Positions 1-11,143 of a stretch of DNA of 29,989 nt are shown piece after piece. Under the pieces are notes generated by a model. That model worked only from the letters and a program-made list of their open reading frames with translations. It had not been told where the DNA came from and ran no database searches. Position numbers and translations under genes: made by a program. The stretch is from Fonticula alba ATCC 38817 (Eukaryota; Protista; Nucleariida): assembly GCA_000388065.2 (NCBI GenBank), contig KB932223.1. The stretch is one strand, 5' to 3'. Every line of letters begins with the position of its first letter. Positions within the stretch are counted from its first letter, which is position 1.

Positions 1-293
1 CTCGGGGGGGACAGAGGCCCAGCTAGCGCGCGCTTGTCCCTGCAGCTCTCCGTGTCCATGTTAGTGTGGCCCTTCGCCGGGGTTCTCTACCTCTCCCCGT
101 GTTTGCGTATGTGTGCGATGCTTCGCGGGTGTTTACGTTTCCCGGCGTCCCTCTCGGTCGATTGGTTCTTCGCCTGCCCCTCGCGCCCTCAAAAGCTCAT
201 GTCGCGCTCGCCGGCCAGCAACAGGCCCCTTGGCTAGACGTCCCTCGTCGCCCCCTTCCCCTGTCCTTTTTTGCCTCCCCCTCGACCGTTGCC

Positions 294-1468
294 ATGGCCT
301 CAATCTCCTCCTACCACCCGTCGCCGATTGGCCATGCCGGTCTGCATATGCGCCAGCCGTCCATCCTCGGCTACATGCGCCCCTACAATGGGACCTTCCT
401 GCACCCGCTGCCGATTGTCCGGGACCCGGCCAACCAGAAGTACTACGAGTTCGAGCGCAGCCCGATCTCCGTGCCGGCCATGTTCTCCAAGAACAACCTC
501 CTCTTTGCCCTGGTGAAGGCCCTCATCCTGGAGGGCAGCACCCTTGGCGTGGAGGACCCGAAGAACCGGCGCATCATCCAGAAGAAGCGCCTCCTGCCCA
601 GCGAGAGTGGCTCCCAGATCCCGAAGGACCTGCATGTGACGGTGATCATTGGCTCGCGGCTTGCCCTGCGTGTTCTGCGTGTGCGTTTCTCCGGGCCTCC
701 CTGGCTCTTGCCGGCAGACCCCCGCCCCTCGGGGGCCAACGGGGCTTCCTTCTCCAAGCTCGCCGGACTGACCAACTCCCCGCGATCCCTGCTCTTCCCC
801 CTGTTGGCCCGCGCTTCGCCCCCTCTTCAACAGGATCTGTCCATCCAGTTCACTCGCATCACCCTGATTTGGTGCCTGCGTGAGCATCTCATTTCGCCGC
901 AGCTCGCTTCCAAGATGACCAAGAGTGCGTCCGCACCCGGCTTTCCCAGCTGCCCTGTCCCGTCGCGCGCTTGTGTCCTGCCCGGTTACTCATCCACGCT
1001 CGCATGCCTTCCCCGGCTTCGCTCGCCCCTGGCGCCCTCCCCGCCCACCTGCCAGATATCAATGCCTCGGCCATGCGCAAGTACGACCGCACCATGAGCC
1101 GGGTGCATGCGTCTCTGGACCTGCTGACCACGGCCCTGATGTCCCTGCTGGTGCCGATGACCTCCATCATGCTGGTGGACTCGGCCCTGTCCACTGGCGA
1201 GTACCTCCTGCGTGCCTTCCGCCGCAAGCGCATTCTCGATGCCAACCGCCGCGCCGACCCGAGCGCCTTCCCCATGACCGAGGAGCAGGCCCAGGAGGAG
1301 AAGGCCATCTCCCGGGACGACTTCAACACCCAGATCAGCCGCCACATCACCACCGCCTTCAAGGGCATGCTTCTCGGGGCGGTTGGCTACGCCGTTGGCA
1401 CTCTCATCAAGCCTGGCGTGGGTACCCTCATTGGCGGCTTCATCGGCGAGACCATGGCCGTCTTCTAA
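294..1468 (+). CDS. Hypothetical protein (~296 aa, 3 exons) with C-terminal glycine-zipper-like hydrophobic hairpin
   Basis: ATG in gccATGG context at 294. Exons 294-680, 834-924, 1056-1468. Donors GTGCGT (681, 925); acceptors CAACAG (833) and GCCAG (1055); CTGAC branch-like site at 768. Phases match (0, then 1) and the total of 891 nt is an open frame. C-terminus GMLLGAVGYAVGTLIKPGVGTLIGGFIGE. No family assigned. Confidence 0.8.
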
Positions 1469-1826
1469 GGGGGGTCACCTTGCGCGCCCCTTCCCCCTGC
1501 GCGTGCACATGTGTCCACCGGTGGGTATTCCTGCATCCGGACTGGCCCGGTCACTGCCTGCCGCCGCATGCTGGCCTCGCTCGTCTGCCCCCCCCCCCCC
1601 CCCCCCATCACTGCGCCATACACCGCCGAGGAGGGCTGCATGTGTGTTTGTGTGCATGCCCGTGTTCGCGTGCGTGTGCCATTGGCGCCGGCTGCGTTGC
1701 TGTATGTGTCGAATACAAAAAAAAAGAAGTCCCACTCCTTTGGCTGTATTTTTACCAATCCGATCGCGGCGGGGAAAAATCCACCCGACTAGGGCATGGA
1801 CTCTGCCGGGGTCGAGCGCTCCCATG

Positions 1827-3111
1827 TCAGGAAGAATCCCGCTGGGGGTTTGAATCGGACGCCCCGGGGTCGAAATGTCGTCCGAGGTACTCGAAGACTG
1901 GCATGGCCTCTCGGCGTGCCTGCTCCGGGAGGTGTTGCAGGCCATTTTGCAGCGGCTCGCGCCACCATCGCCACGATGGCGGCAAGACCGGACGCTGCCT
2001 TTGGATCTGCCCCAGGAAGAAGGCCAAAAGGAAGGACACCGAGGAGCGATTGGCACCCAGCGGCCAGGGCGGCAACGGTCTGCCGATCGGGGGGTCATGG
2101 GCCGGGGCCGACGTGCGAGGCCTCCCGCAGGGCCTCCCGGACGACCCATGAAGCTGCGCCAGAACTTCGGCCTGGCCGGAAAAGACAGCCCCCGAGAAGT
2201 AGGAGAACCCCAGTTCAAGGACGCTCGTGGCCAGGGCCAGATTCCCGAGGAAATCCTCGGCCACTCGAGCGAAGTGTGTCACCGCATCCAGCGTGGCCGC
2301 ATGCTGCAGCAACTCGGGAGCCTGGTCGGCCGGGATCCCGGCACCATCGGCCGCCGGGTCGCGGAGGTGAGCCACCCAGGGCCACATGGCTGCCAGGGCC
2401 CGTGCGGCGGACTGCACCAAGGCCAGCTTCAGACGTGCACCCATGTCGCCTCCAGGAGCAGCAGCAGCATACATTTTGACCAATGCATGCATGCGATGAA
2501 GCTCCAGCTGGCTGACCTGCCGTCGGGAGTCGCCCTCCCTCATGCTGGATGATGGGGGAACAGACCACACGACCTCCGGTAGCAGGTGCGCCAGCGAGGG
2601 GAGCACGGCACCATGGCTGGGAACAAGGGTCACCCAAGACCGTAGCCACTCACCGGGCGCGCTGCGGCCGAAGTCAAAGCGCAGCCCCAGACGCCGGCGC
2701 AGCCGCACCAATGCTCGATCGAACAAGTGCATGGCTTCCAGCGATTCCCCGGCCTCCAGGGCTTGGTGTCCAGCCGCGGCCAGCAGGTCCTCCCCCGGAT
2801 CGGCGGCCACGCCAGCCAGACGAACCAGCTGCGAGGCGCCGGGCGAGGGGGCCCCCCATTCGACCGGGAAGAAGTCGACCCCGAAAAGGGGGCTCGGCTT
2901 GGGACATGGAAACTGTGGAGAGGAGGCTGAGGGCTGGGAGGCGGAAAAGAGCCCCCACATGCCGTTGACCATGCTCGGCGGCAGGCGGAGGTCCCACTTT
3001 TGAGCCAAGTCCAAAAGCAGGAGATACTACTCCCCAGAGGGACGCAGAGCCACGAAGGGTGCACAGTTGCAAGCTTTTTTAGATGCGCGAAAAGGAGATG
3101 CCATCATTCGA

Positions 3112-3197
<86 letters not shown>

Positions 3198-4316
3198 ACG
3201 TGCGTGTGTGTGCACGTGCGTGTGTGTGCGTGCGTGTGTGTGTGTGCTTCGTACCCTCCGTTCGGATTCGTCTCGGTCACCGGCGTTCAGCTCGATCCGG
3301 GCTAGATTGAAGTGAATGATGGCCAAGAGGAAGGCCTCGGCCGAGCGCGTCGGCTTGAAGATTCCCAGGCGCCGGGCGACCGCCTGCTCAAAGGCCGGGA
3401 TGCCAGCCGGGGTCCCGGACTCGGAATCCATGCCCACCAGGGCCACATATACCGCACACCAGTAGAGGATCCCCGGCCGGTGCACGCGAGATGCCTGTAG
3501 GGGGAAGGAATGCTCGAGGAAAGACCGTAGCAGGCTGTGCGCCGTGGCCGTTGGGCGCCCGGTCGTCCCGGCCAGCAGGAACCCCAGCAGATCATTGAAT
3601 GCCATGTTGAAAAAGCCGGCTGTTGGAAACCCGATGATTGGCGCCAACACACCGCCCGATGCCAGTGGCGAGTGTCGGCAGTACCGGACAAGCCCCGGCG
3701 CAGGTGGCCTACTGGCGCCCGGGTGGCCTGACAAAATGCGCAAGGCTCTGATAAGTGGCCCATCGGGCCCGGTGGAGCCGCCAGATACCACGGCCACAAG
3801 TCGACCATGCTGCGCTGCAAAGAGAACCCACCCCAGTAGGGGAAGGATCCGGGCTCGGAACAAAAGGAAGCCCGGGTCGCCTGGCTGGCCGGCGGCACGG
3901 ATGCCCACATGCAACTGGTGGAAGAGCCGGAGGACCGCAGCAACCCCGGCCTCCCGATCGTCACTGTGCTCGGCTTGACATGCGACCGGGTCGCTGGGCC
4001 CCGGCTGGCGGCCAGATGCCCGATTGACGTCAACAGCCATGGGGGCTTCGCCCGGCGAAGGAGTCAGGCTGGGAGCCCCCTGTCCGTCAGGCTGGCCGAA
4101 GAGCCCCGCCGAGGCCATGCCACATAGCTCGGCCATGGTGTCAAAGAGGTCATCAACATCATCCAGGCCCGGGGACGCGGCATTTGACAGGAGAATCCGA
4201 CAGCGCCAGGCCACCAGTGCCGCTGCCAAGCCACTCTCGATGGTTGCCATGAAATCCGCCGGCGATTCCTGGGGCCAGCGGGCCTGCAGGCGAGCAAAAG
4301 GCATGAGCTCCTCGGC
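1827..4316 (-). CDS. Hypothetical helical/TPR-like protein, downstream exons (4316-3255 and 3026-1827)
   Basis: Track ORFs 3027..4337 and 1827..3014 join in phase 0 through intron 3254-3027 (GTACGA...TAG, contains a CA repeat), giving ...ESERR|[11 protein letters not shown]. The upstream end looks like a splice acceptor (ATCCAG at 4317, CTGAC at 4353-4349) rather than a true start. Function unknown; further introns are possible. Confidence 0.65.
3113..3246. repeat. (TG)42 microsatellite (3113-3196) with degenerate tail, intronic
   Basis: Read directly from the sequence; lies inside intron 3027-3254. Confidence 0.98.
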
Positions 4317-4435
4317 CTGGATGCCGGCGAGGGGCATGATCGGGAGGGGTCAGACAGAGATGCGGGGGGGAGATCTGCCTGAAAGCCAGCATGACCGCTG
4401 GGGGGGGGGGGGGGGGGGGGGAGGAAGACGCACAA

Positions 4436-4511
4436 NNNNNNNNNNNNNNNNNNNNNNNNNNNNNNNNNNNNNNNNNNNNNNNNNNNNNNNNNNNNNNNNN
4501 NNNNNNNNNNN
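4436..4511. other. Assembly gap (76 N)
   Basis: N run close to poly-G on both sides. Confidence 1.
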
Positions 4512-4572
4512 NGGGGGGGGGGGGGGGGGGGAAGAGGGCCAGCCAGTCGCATGGCCACAACCGGGCGCCTTC

Positions 4573-7402
4573 TTACTCGACCTCCTCCGGGTCGTAGGTG
4601 AAGGGCAGGAACTTGTGGCCGGCACCCTCGAAGAACTTGTTGTTGAACTCGACCCAGTGCAGACGCAGGGCGTGCAGGAAGGCCGACAGACCCTCCATGC
4701 AAATGAGCACCGCAATGGTCAGGCACAGCCAGGCGGCGAAGCAGACAACCAGCATGGCACCATACATGAAGGTGGAGTCAGCGGTGCCGTTGAGACCGTT
4801 GCCGAGGGTCATGGTCCACAGGACCTCGGACAGCTGGGCGTGAGCCAGAGACAGAGCCCACAGACGCAGGTAGGAGGCGGTGTTGGAAATGCACCCGAGC
4901 ACGAAGTCAATGGTGTGAATAGAGGAGTGAATCATCACCTCGCCGAAGTTGAACTCATCCCCATCAAGGTGCAGATCCGGGTCGGCCTGCATGCGAGCCA
5001 GCAGGCTGTCCTCGACATGGTGGTCATCCTCCTCGCCCTCCAGGCTGTGGTCGGTGCTCTTGGGCAGGTACGAGTAGTCGGACTGGCTGCCGGGCTTCGG
5101 GGCATAGCGGCGCTTGAGGATCATCGGCTTGACGATGAGCATCCAGGGGACGGCCAGCAGAGCCATGATCAGGAGAATCACCTGGACGGTGGACTGGCCA
5201 CTGTAAAGCGGGGCATCAACACGGCCGGGAGACAGGAACATGAAGATCAGGAGATCCAGCAGCGAGGGCGGCTCGGCATTGGTCCAGTCGGTGGCCCACT
5301 TGAGGATGATGCACACCAGCAGGTAGCCGAAGATGGAGAACAGGAAGATCACCCGGGGGATGAACTCGTTGATGACATGCAGGCGGCGCTTGAAGTGCAG
5401 GTGGTTGAAGAGAGACAGCAGCAGACCGGCCGACATGTGGACAATACCCAGGACAATGGACATCTTCATCTTGTAGGAGTTGGAGAAGATGAGGAAGTTG
5501 TCGGAGCCAAACCAGCCGATATCCAGACCGATGGCATAAATGTGCCCGGTGAAGGTACCGACCACCGAGCCATTCGGGTCGCTGGGGGGGAAGGCCCAGC
5601 CGGACTTGAACAGCGGCATGCCCTTGGAGAAGATGTCATTGTAAATGAGACCGGTGAAGATGGAGAAGAGACCCATCAGCAGGATGATGTAACGACCGAA
5701 GTAGACATTGGACAGCAGCTCATTCTGCTTCCAGGAGACCAGCTTCTTCTCGTTGATGCACACCAACAGGGCACCGAGGGTCATCATGACGGCGTGACCC
5801 AGATCACCGAACATGACGGCGAACATGAAGGGGAAGGTGATGATGGAGAAGGGAGCCGGGTTGATCTCACGGTAGGTGGAAATACCATAGGCATCGACGA
5901 TGGCCTGGAAGCCCTCGGTGAAGCGGTTGGTGTTGAAGTGGGTGGGCGGCTTCTCGCGAGTGGTCAGGATGTTGACCACCGAGGGGATATTGGTGCCGGC
6001 GGCGGCGGTGCCCCGGTCCAGGGCCACCTGCAGGGCGCCCATGGCGGTCTTCGGCATCCAGCCCTCGGCCACCAGGCACCGGGAGGACATGTCATGGCTG
6101 AACATGTTCATCAGGTGGTAGGTGGCCTTCTCCTTGCGAACATGCTCGGCCCAGAGGGAAATCGACTCGGCGATGCTGAGGAAGGACCGGCGGTTGTGGG
6201 CGGTGGTCTGGGTCAGGACCTTGCCCATGTCCGAGCGGCGGGCCTCGATCTGCTGGAGCAGCTGCTCGCGCTCCGAGCGCGAACGAGGGCAGTTGTAGAG
6301 CCGGGCCTCGAAGCTCTCGGCGATCTTGATGATCTTCTCCTGAGCATGGAGACCATGGGAGAAGACCACGAAGACGCTCTTGAGGGCGTCAGCCGGGCTG
6401 GCATTGGAGGCGTCGTCGCCCTCGGCGCCGGTCAACGAGCCGGCATTGTCCTCCTGGAGCTCCTCGGTCTCGAGGTGGGAGTCATCATCGGCGATGCGAG
6501 TGTGCACATTGCCACGCAGGGCGCGGAAGAGAACACGCTCGAAGATGGACACCTTGCTGCGGGGAATGATGCCGCACACGAAGTCGATGGTGACGGCATC
6601 GGCACCACCGGCGCTGGAGCCAGCATGCGCGCCGGCCCCATGCTCAAGGTCATGGTACGGGTCCTCGGCAGTGGAGGACAGGGGCTGGTACGAGCCGCTG
6701 GTGGCGCCGGCATCGCGGCCGCCATTGATGGACAGATGCTCGTGGGGGCTGGCACCAATGCCACCAGAGGTGGACTCCAGCACATCCGAGGTGTGGTGCA
6801 GGACGGTGGCCAGCTCGATGAGCTCGCGCTGGTTCCGGCGGATGGTCTCCTCGTTCTGGTTCAGCTGGCGGACCTTGGCCTCATGGTCGACGAGGATGGC
6901 ATCCAGCTCGTCAATCTCGGCCAGGGACACCGAGTGCGAGCGGATGGTGAACTCATCCTCGACCGGGCGCGGCTCAATGCCGAGGCGGGTCAGCTGGGTG
7001 GCCAGGAACCGGATGCGGCGCTCCATCTCCTCGCAACGGCGGATGTTCTGGACGTAGGTGCGCTGGAAGGCGTTGACCTCGGGGTTCATGTCACTGGGAG
7101 GCGGGGAGGAGGTGACCCGGAAGAGATGACCAGCCGGCAGGGGCGCATGTGTGTCAGCCACAACCACAGGGCCAGAGGCAGCAGCAGCAGCAGCAGCAGC
7201 AAGAGGGGCAGATGACAGGAGGAAGCGCAGAAACTCGAAAAAAGAAAACATACCGGAACTGGATGATCGAACGCTCACCAAGCTGCTGGACGGTGGACCG
7301 GGCGGCCTCAGTCTGGATGATGAGCTGGATCAGCTGCATCTCCTCGCTGCGGAAGACACCGGTACCGGGCTCCACATTGGTGGACTCAGGGAAGCCGGAC
7401 AT
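4573..7402 (-). CDS. VPH1: V-type proton ATPase V0 subunit a (Vph1/Stv1/ATP6V0A family), ~889 aa, 2 exons
   Basis: Exons 7402-7254 and 7093-4573; intron 7253-7094 (GTATGT...CCCAG). Splicing restores the conserved FRSEEM...QFRDMNP N-terminus. Also contains PPTHFNTNRFT, FMFAVMFGDLGH, SNTASYLRLWALSLAHAQLSEVLW (essential Arg) and MEGLSAFLHALRLHWVEFNNKFFEG. Confidence 0.97.
7178..7201. repeat. (GCA)8 trinucleotide repeat in the V-ATPase intron
   Basis: Read directly from the sequence; lies inside intron 7094-7253. Confidence 0.95.
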
Positions 7403-7701
7403 GGTGGAGGGGAGAGTAGAGGCCGGGGGGAAGCCCTGGCCCGAGACTGAAACTTCCACGCGGGCTATTTTTGGGACGGCTCCAATACGCGCGGCAACTG
7501 GGGAGGAGTCCTGCGCGAAAGTGGAAAGAGGTGAAAGACGAAGAAGGCGGAGGGGAAAGGGGAGAGGGGTTTCGTCTTCGGCGTTAGTAGGGGCTGCCCG
7601 CACCGAGGGGCGCCATGCTGGGCCTTATTTTGGCGAAGACCCGGCCGAAGGGCCCGAATCAACGCGGCAAAAGGAACGCGGGGGGGGGGAGGAAGACGCA
7701 C

Positions 7702-8247
7702 AAGGGCTAACGCATGGCGCAGATGTTGGTGTGCATCGCCGGCCCCGCTGGCCGCGAAACGACACAGGGCGCCGTTGATGCCAAGTATCAACGAGAGGGA
7801 GTGGGTGATGACCCCTACACCGGGCGGCCCGGCCGGGGACAAGTCGCCAGCGCATCCGGACAAAGATGCCAGCACCTCGGCAAAGGCCAGTCCCTGGGGA
7901 ATGGAGCGCACATCATCTGGCGTCCAGTGCGCCTCAAGCCCCGGCCCGAAGCGGACACGGATCCGCGATGCCGATCCACGGACCGGCATTGCCGGGGGAG
8001 CGGGGGCCCTCGCTGCCAGGTGAGGACCGAGAGTGCTGCGCAATGTGGCCGCCAGGAAGTCTGTCATCAGCCAGAGGTACTGCTGCAAGGAGGCTAGCGG
8101 TGTGGCCGAGGCCCGGAGGCTGCGAAGAGGGCCCTGCCGCGGGGCGAAGTCCACCAATCGCGCATCCCCGGTTGATATCAGCCCCAGCAGGCACTGGCAG
8201 GCGCAGCCAGGTCGAACTGCCCCGCATGCAGGACACAGCATGTCCAT
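7702..8247 (-). CDS. Probable upstream exon of the hypothetical gene at 1827-4316 (displaced in this assembly)
   Basis: Open frame 8247-7702 (182 codons) ends at a phase-0 GTGCGT donor at 7701. The flanking sequence 7681-7703 is identical to 4413-4435, which lies inside the putative intron upstream of the 4317 acceptor. The true start is uncertain. Confidence 0.55.
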
Positions 8248-9012
8248 GGCCGTGCAAAGTGCCAGGAAGAACGGCAGAGGGGGGCGGGGGAGACCGACGA
8301 CGAGGCGGTGATGGCGAGGAGACGGAGGGGAGGGACTGGATGCCCGGCGAAGGCACGACGCGAGGGGGACTGTGATGCTGTCTCCATGGTGGGAACATCC
8401 GACTCAGATGCCCCGCTCTTCAGTGTGAGGGCCGGGATGCCGGACAAGGCACGAAACTCACCACCTGGGTATCCCCACACACCGATATATATATGTATGT
8501 ATTTTTACATGAAGCCGGGCCAAGCGGCCCCGGGGCAGCGGCGCCACCGGGGCCCGGGCCCGGCACAGCCCCTCTCCGCGCCACTCTTGGCAGCGCCCTT
8601 TGCTCGACTCTCGATCATGTCCCCCCCCCCCCCGTGCCCGGACACAGAAAAAAAAATACACGCAGAAAGAAGGAGGCCAGGAGACACACCGGCAAAGGAA
8701 GAAGAAAAGTATATTGTTGAGAGGGGAGGGAGGTGTCCGCCTACATCGAGGGGGAAAGGGGGGGGGCGCGGCGGCGGCGGCGGAGAGGACAGGAGAGACG
8801 CATCCGCTGGGGTCTCGGCCCGATCCTCTGCCCGCCCTCGTGCCTCCGGCCGCATCGCGAGGCGCGCGCGCGCCTGCATGAATACACGGTGAGGGAGCAC
8901 AAGAGGGGCGGCGAGAAGCAATGCCGAGGGGGGGAGGAATATACCACCACTCCCCACACTATCCCCCCGCCCGCCATAGGCACCCCCCCACTCGAACGAG
9001 GAGGGACACATC

Positions 9013-9107
9013 GGGGGGGGGGGGGGGGGGAAGAGGGCCAGCCAGTCGCATGGCCACAACCGGGCGCCTTCTTACTCGACCTCCTCCGGGTCGTAGGTGA
9101 AGGGCAG
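9013..9107 (+). repeat. Exact copy of poly-G plus 4532-4608 (3' end of the V-ATPase a gene) at a contig end
   Basis: 9031-9107 is identical to 4532-4608 (77 nt). Both copies follow a G run and abut N gaps. Confidence 0.95.
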
Positions 9108-9117
9108 NNNNNNNNNN
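9108..9117. other. Assembly gap (10 N)
   Basis: N run. Confidence 1.
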
Positions 9118-10165
9118 GGGGGGGGGGCGAGGAGCGGGGCGAGGACTGCCTGCCGGGGCCCGGGACGCGGGCCCGGTACAACACGCAGGAACCCGGGCCA
9201 GAGCCAGACGCATGCGCGCCCTGGCCCCCCCCCCGCCCCAGCGAACAAACAGGCCTTGCCGGTGTCCGGCCGCGGGCAGCTGCCTCCAATGGTCTGGGTA
9301 CCACATCGCTCAACTCGAGGAAAAAGACCTAGGCTTCGGGGGACCACGGCACGGGCCGTTCCCCCCCCCCCCCCCCGGAAGGAGCCCGGCCCTCGGAAAA
9401 GGGCACAAACAGGTCCGGCCCGCACCCTCTGTTTACGTGAGTCCGGAGAACCGACAGCGACGACCGGCGAACCTCGAGACCCTCCAACAGCCCGGTGTGT
9501 GCGGAGTGGGGGACCTCCTCCCGACCCCGAGCCAATCAAGAGACCTCCCCCGGGCATGCTCGCTTCCCAAAAAAAACGGAGTTCATTATTTAAAATGCGC
9601 CTTTCTTGCACCTTTTGGCTTTCTGCTCCCCCCGCCGGAGTGCTTGACGATCCAAGCGGTAAGCCTGGGTCCTTGGTCCCGGCGACCCCGGCGGGAGGGG
9701 CGGTCGGGGGGGGGGGAGGGCCGGGGACACGGAGGGATGTACCAGCCGACCACCCTGGTACCTTCCCCTGCACGCACATGCTCCTCTGCACTTCACCCCA
9801 CCACGGCCAGCATTGATCCATGACTGGGGTCGGGAGGGGGGAGCTCACAGCGCCGCCGGGTGCACACGGGGGCCGAGCCGCCTGGAGAAAATAACAGAGG
9901 GCGGTGAACCCCTCGCCCCCCCCCCCCCCGCCGCTCAGCCGCCCTCCACCCAGCCACCACCGCAGGAGGGCGCCCTTGGTGGAGCTCACTCCCGGAGCCG
10001 CATGACCCCCTCTGCCGAGGAGCACCCTGGAGAAGCTTTCTTGCCGCCCCCCAGAACGGCCCCCTTTCACAACACGGCGCGCACCCAACCTCCAAATGCA
10101 CGCGTAGAGCACCCGAGGACAGGACCTAAACCCCCGGGTTTCATGTATTCGGCGGGCGAGTGACC

Positions 10166-11143
10166 TCACATGATATATGAACTCATCGACAGATTGCCCG
10201 CCACCCAGCTGGTGTGCACCAAGCGAGCGGGCTGATCGCCTGCGGCGCCGGCTGCCACGAACACCGGCGCCAGGTGATCAGCCTCGGGATGGGCCTGACG
10301 CTCATGCTGGTGCAGCGGGTGCTGGGTGAGGATCCGCTCGCGTTCGGCGCCCGTGTGCTGGGTCAGAGTGGCGGTGGTATACTCGTCGAAGGCCGCGGCC
10401 CAAGGAGCCGGGGGCGGGGCCTGCTGGGCTGCATGGCCGAAGCTCAGCTGGCGGAGGTTGTGCACAACACCCCCGGAGCACACAAGCAGGACATTTTCCT
10501 GCTCGAGAAGTGGCTGCAGCGCCTGCCCGAGGCGGATGTGCTCGGCCGCGTCGTAGCCCCCGATGAGGGAGAGCTGGACAATCGGGATCGGCGCGCGGCC
10601 CGCCGCGTCCGGCGGGAAGGTGATGCTGAGCGGAGACCATGTGCCATGGTCGTGGCCGCGAGAGGACGTGCCGAAGGCCCGGGCGAAGCCGGCGTCCCTC
10701 AGGGCGCCGAGGATGCGCCCGGCCAGGGCCGGATCGCCGGTCGTCTGGTACTTATACTCATACATGTGCGCCGGGAACCCATAGAAGTCGTAGATCTGCT
10801 TGGGATGGTCCTCGGTCGTGACCGCGGGAGAGTTCTGGGTCGTGTGTGTGTGTGTGTATGTGTGTGTGCGCGCGCGCGCGCGAGAAAGTGGTGTGAGCGA
10901 GCGACACCTCGCCTTGTGGGTGGGCTTACCAAGAAAGAGGCGCCGGCCGGAGAGCAGGCTCATCATGTTCAAGTCTCATACCTCGGTCCAGTGGGCCGAC
11001 ACGCAGATGATGGCGTCCGGCTGCCGCGGGAGGGTGCGCGAAAGCTGCTGGTAAAAGTTGTAGGCCGGAAGATGGGTCTCAGTGTAGAGGGCCGGGGAGC
11101 CATGCGAAAGGAGCCAGATCGGCAGGCGACTGGATGCAGACAT
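10166..11143 (-). CDS. DODA: LigB-family extradiol ring-cleavage dioxygenase (4,5-DOPA dioxygenase/YgiD-like), ~276 aa, 2 exons
   Basis: Exons 11143-10982 and 10834-10166; intron 10981-10835 (GTATGA...CCCAG, phase 0). Motifs SHGSP, SAHW, IYDFYGFP, DHGTWSPL, SGGVVHNLR, HPEADHLAP and C-terminal LSMSSY match the family. Confidence 0.92.

Noticed and set aside
3000-3315. Cys-Val repeat ORFs resembling metal-binding peptides
   Set aside because: Translation of the (TG)n microsatellite on the strand opposite an intron.
4024-7215. 1063-aa plus-strand ORF antisense to V-ATPase a
   Set aside because: Shadow of a strongly GC3-biased gene, it crosses an N gap, and it shows no recognisable motifs.
9031-9107. 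Possible second V-ATPase a copy or pseudogene
   Set aside because: Only 77 nt, 100% identical and ending exactly at a gap; better explained as a contig overlap.
10160-10172. Possible GTGAGG donor overlapping the dioxygenase stop codon
   Set aside because: The protein already ends where the family normally ends (SMSSY), and A at +4 does not match the local donor pattern.
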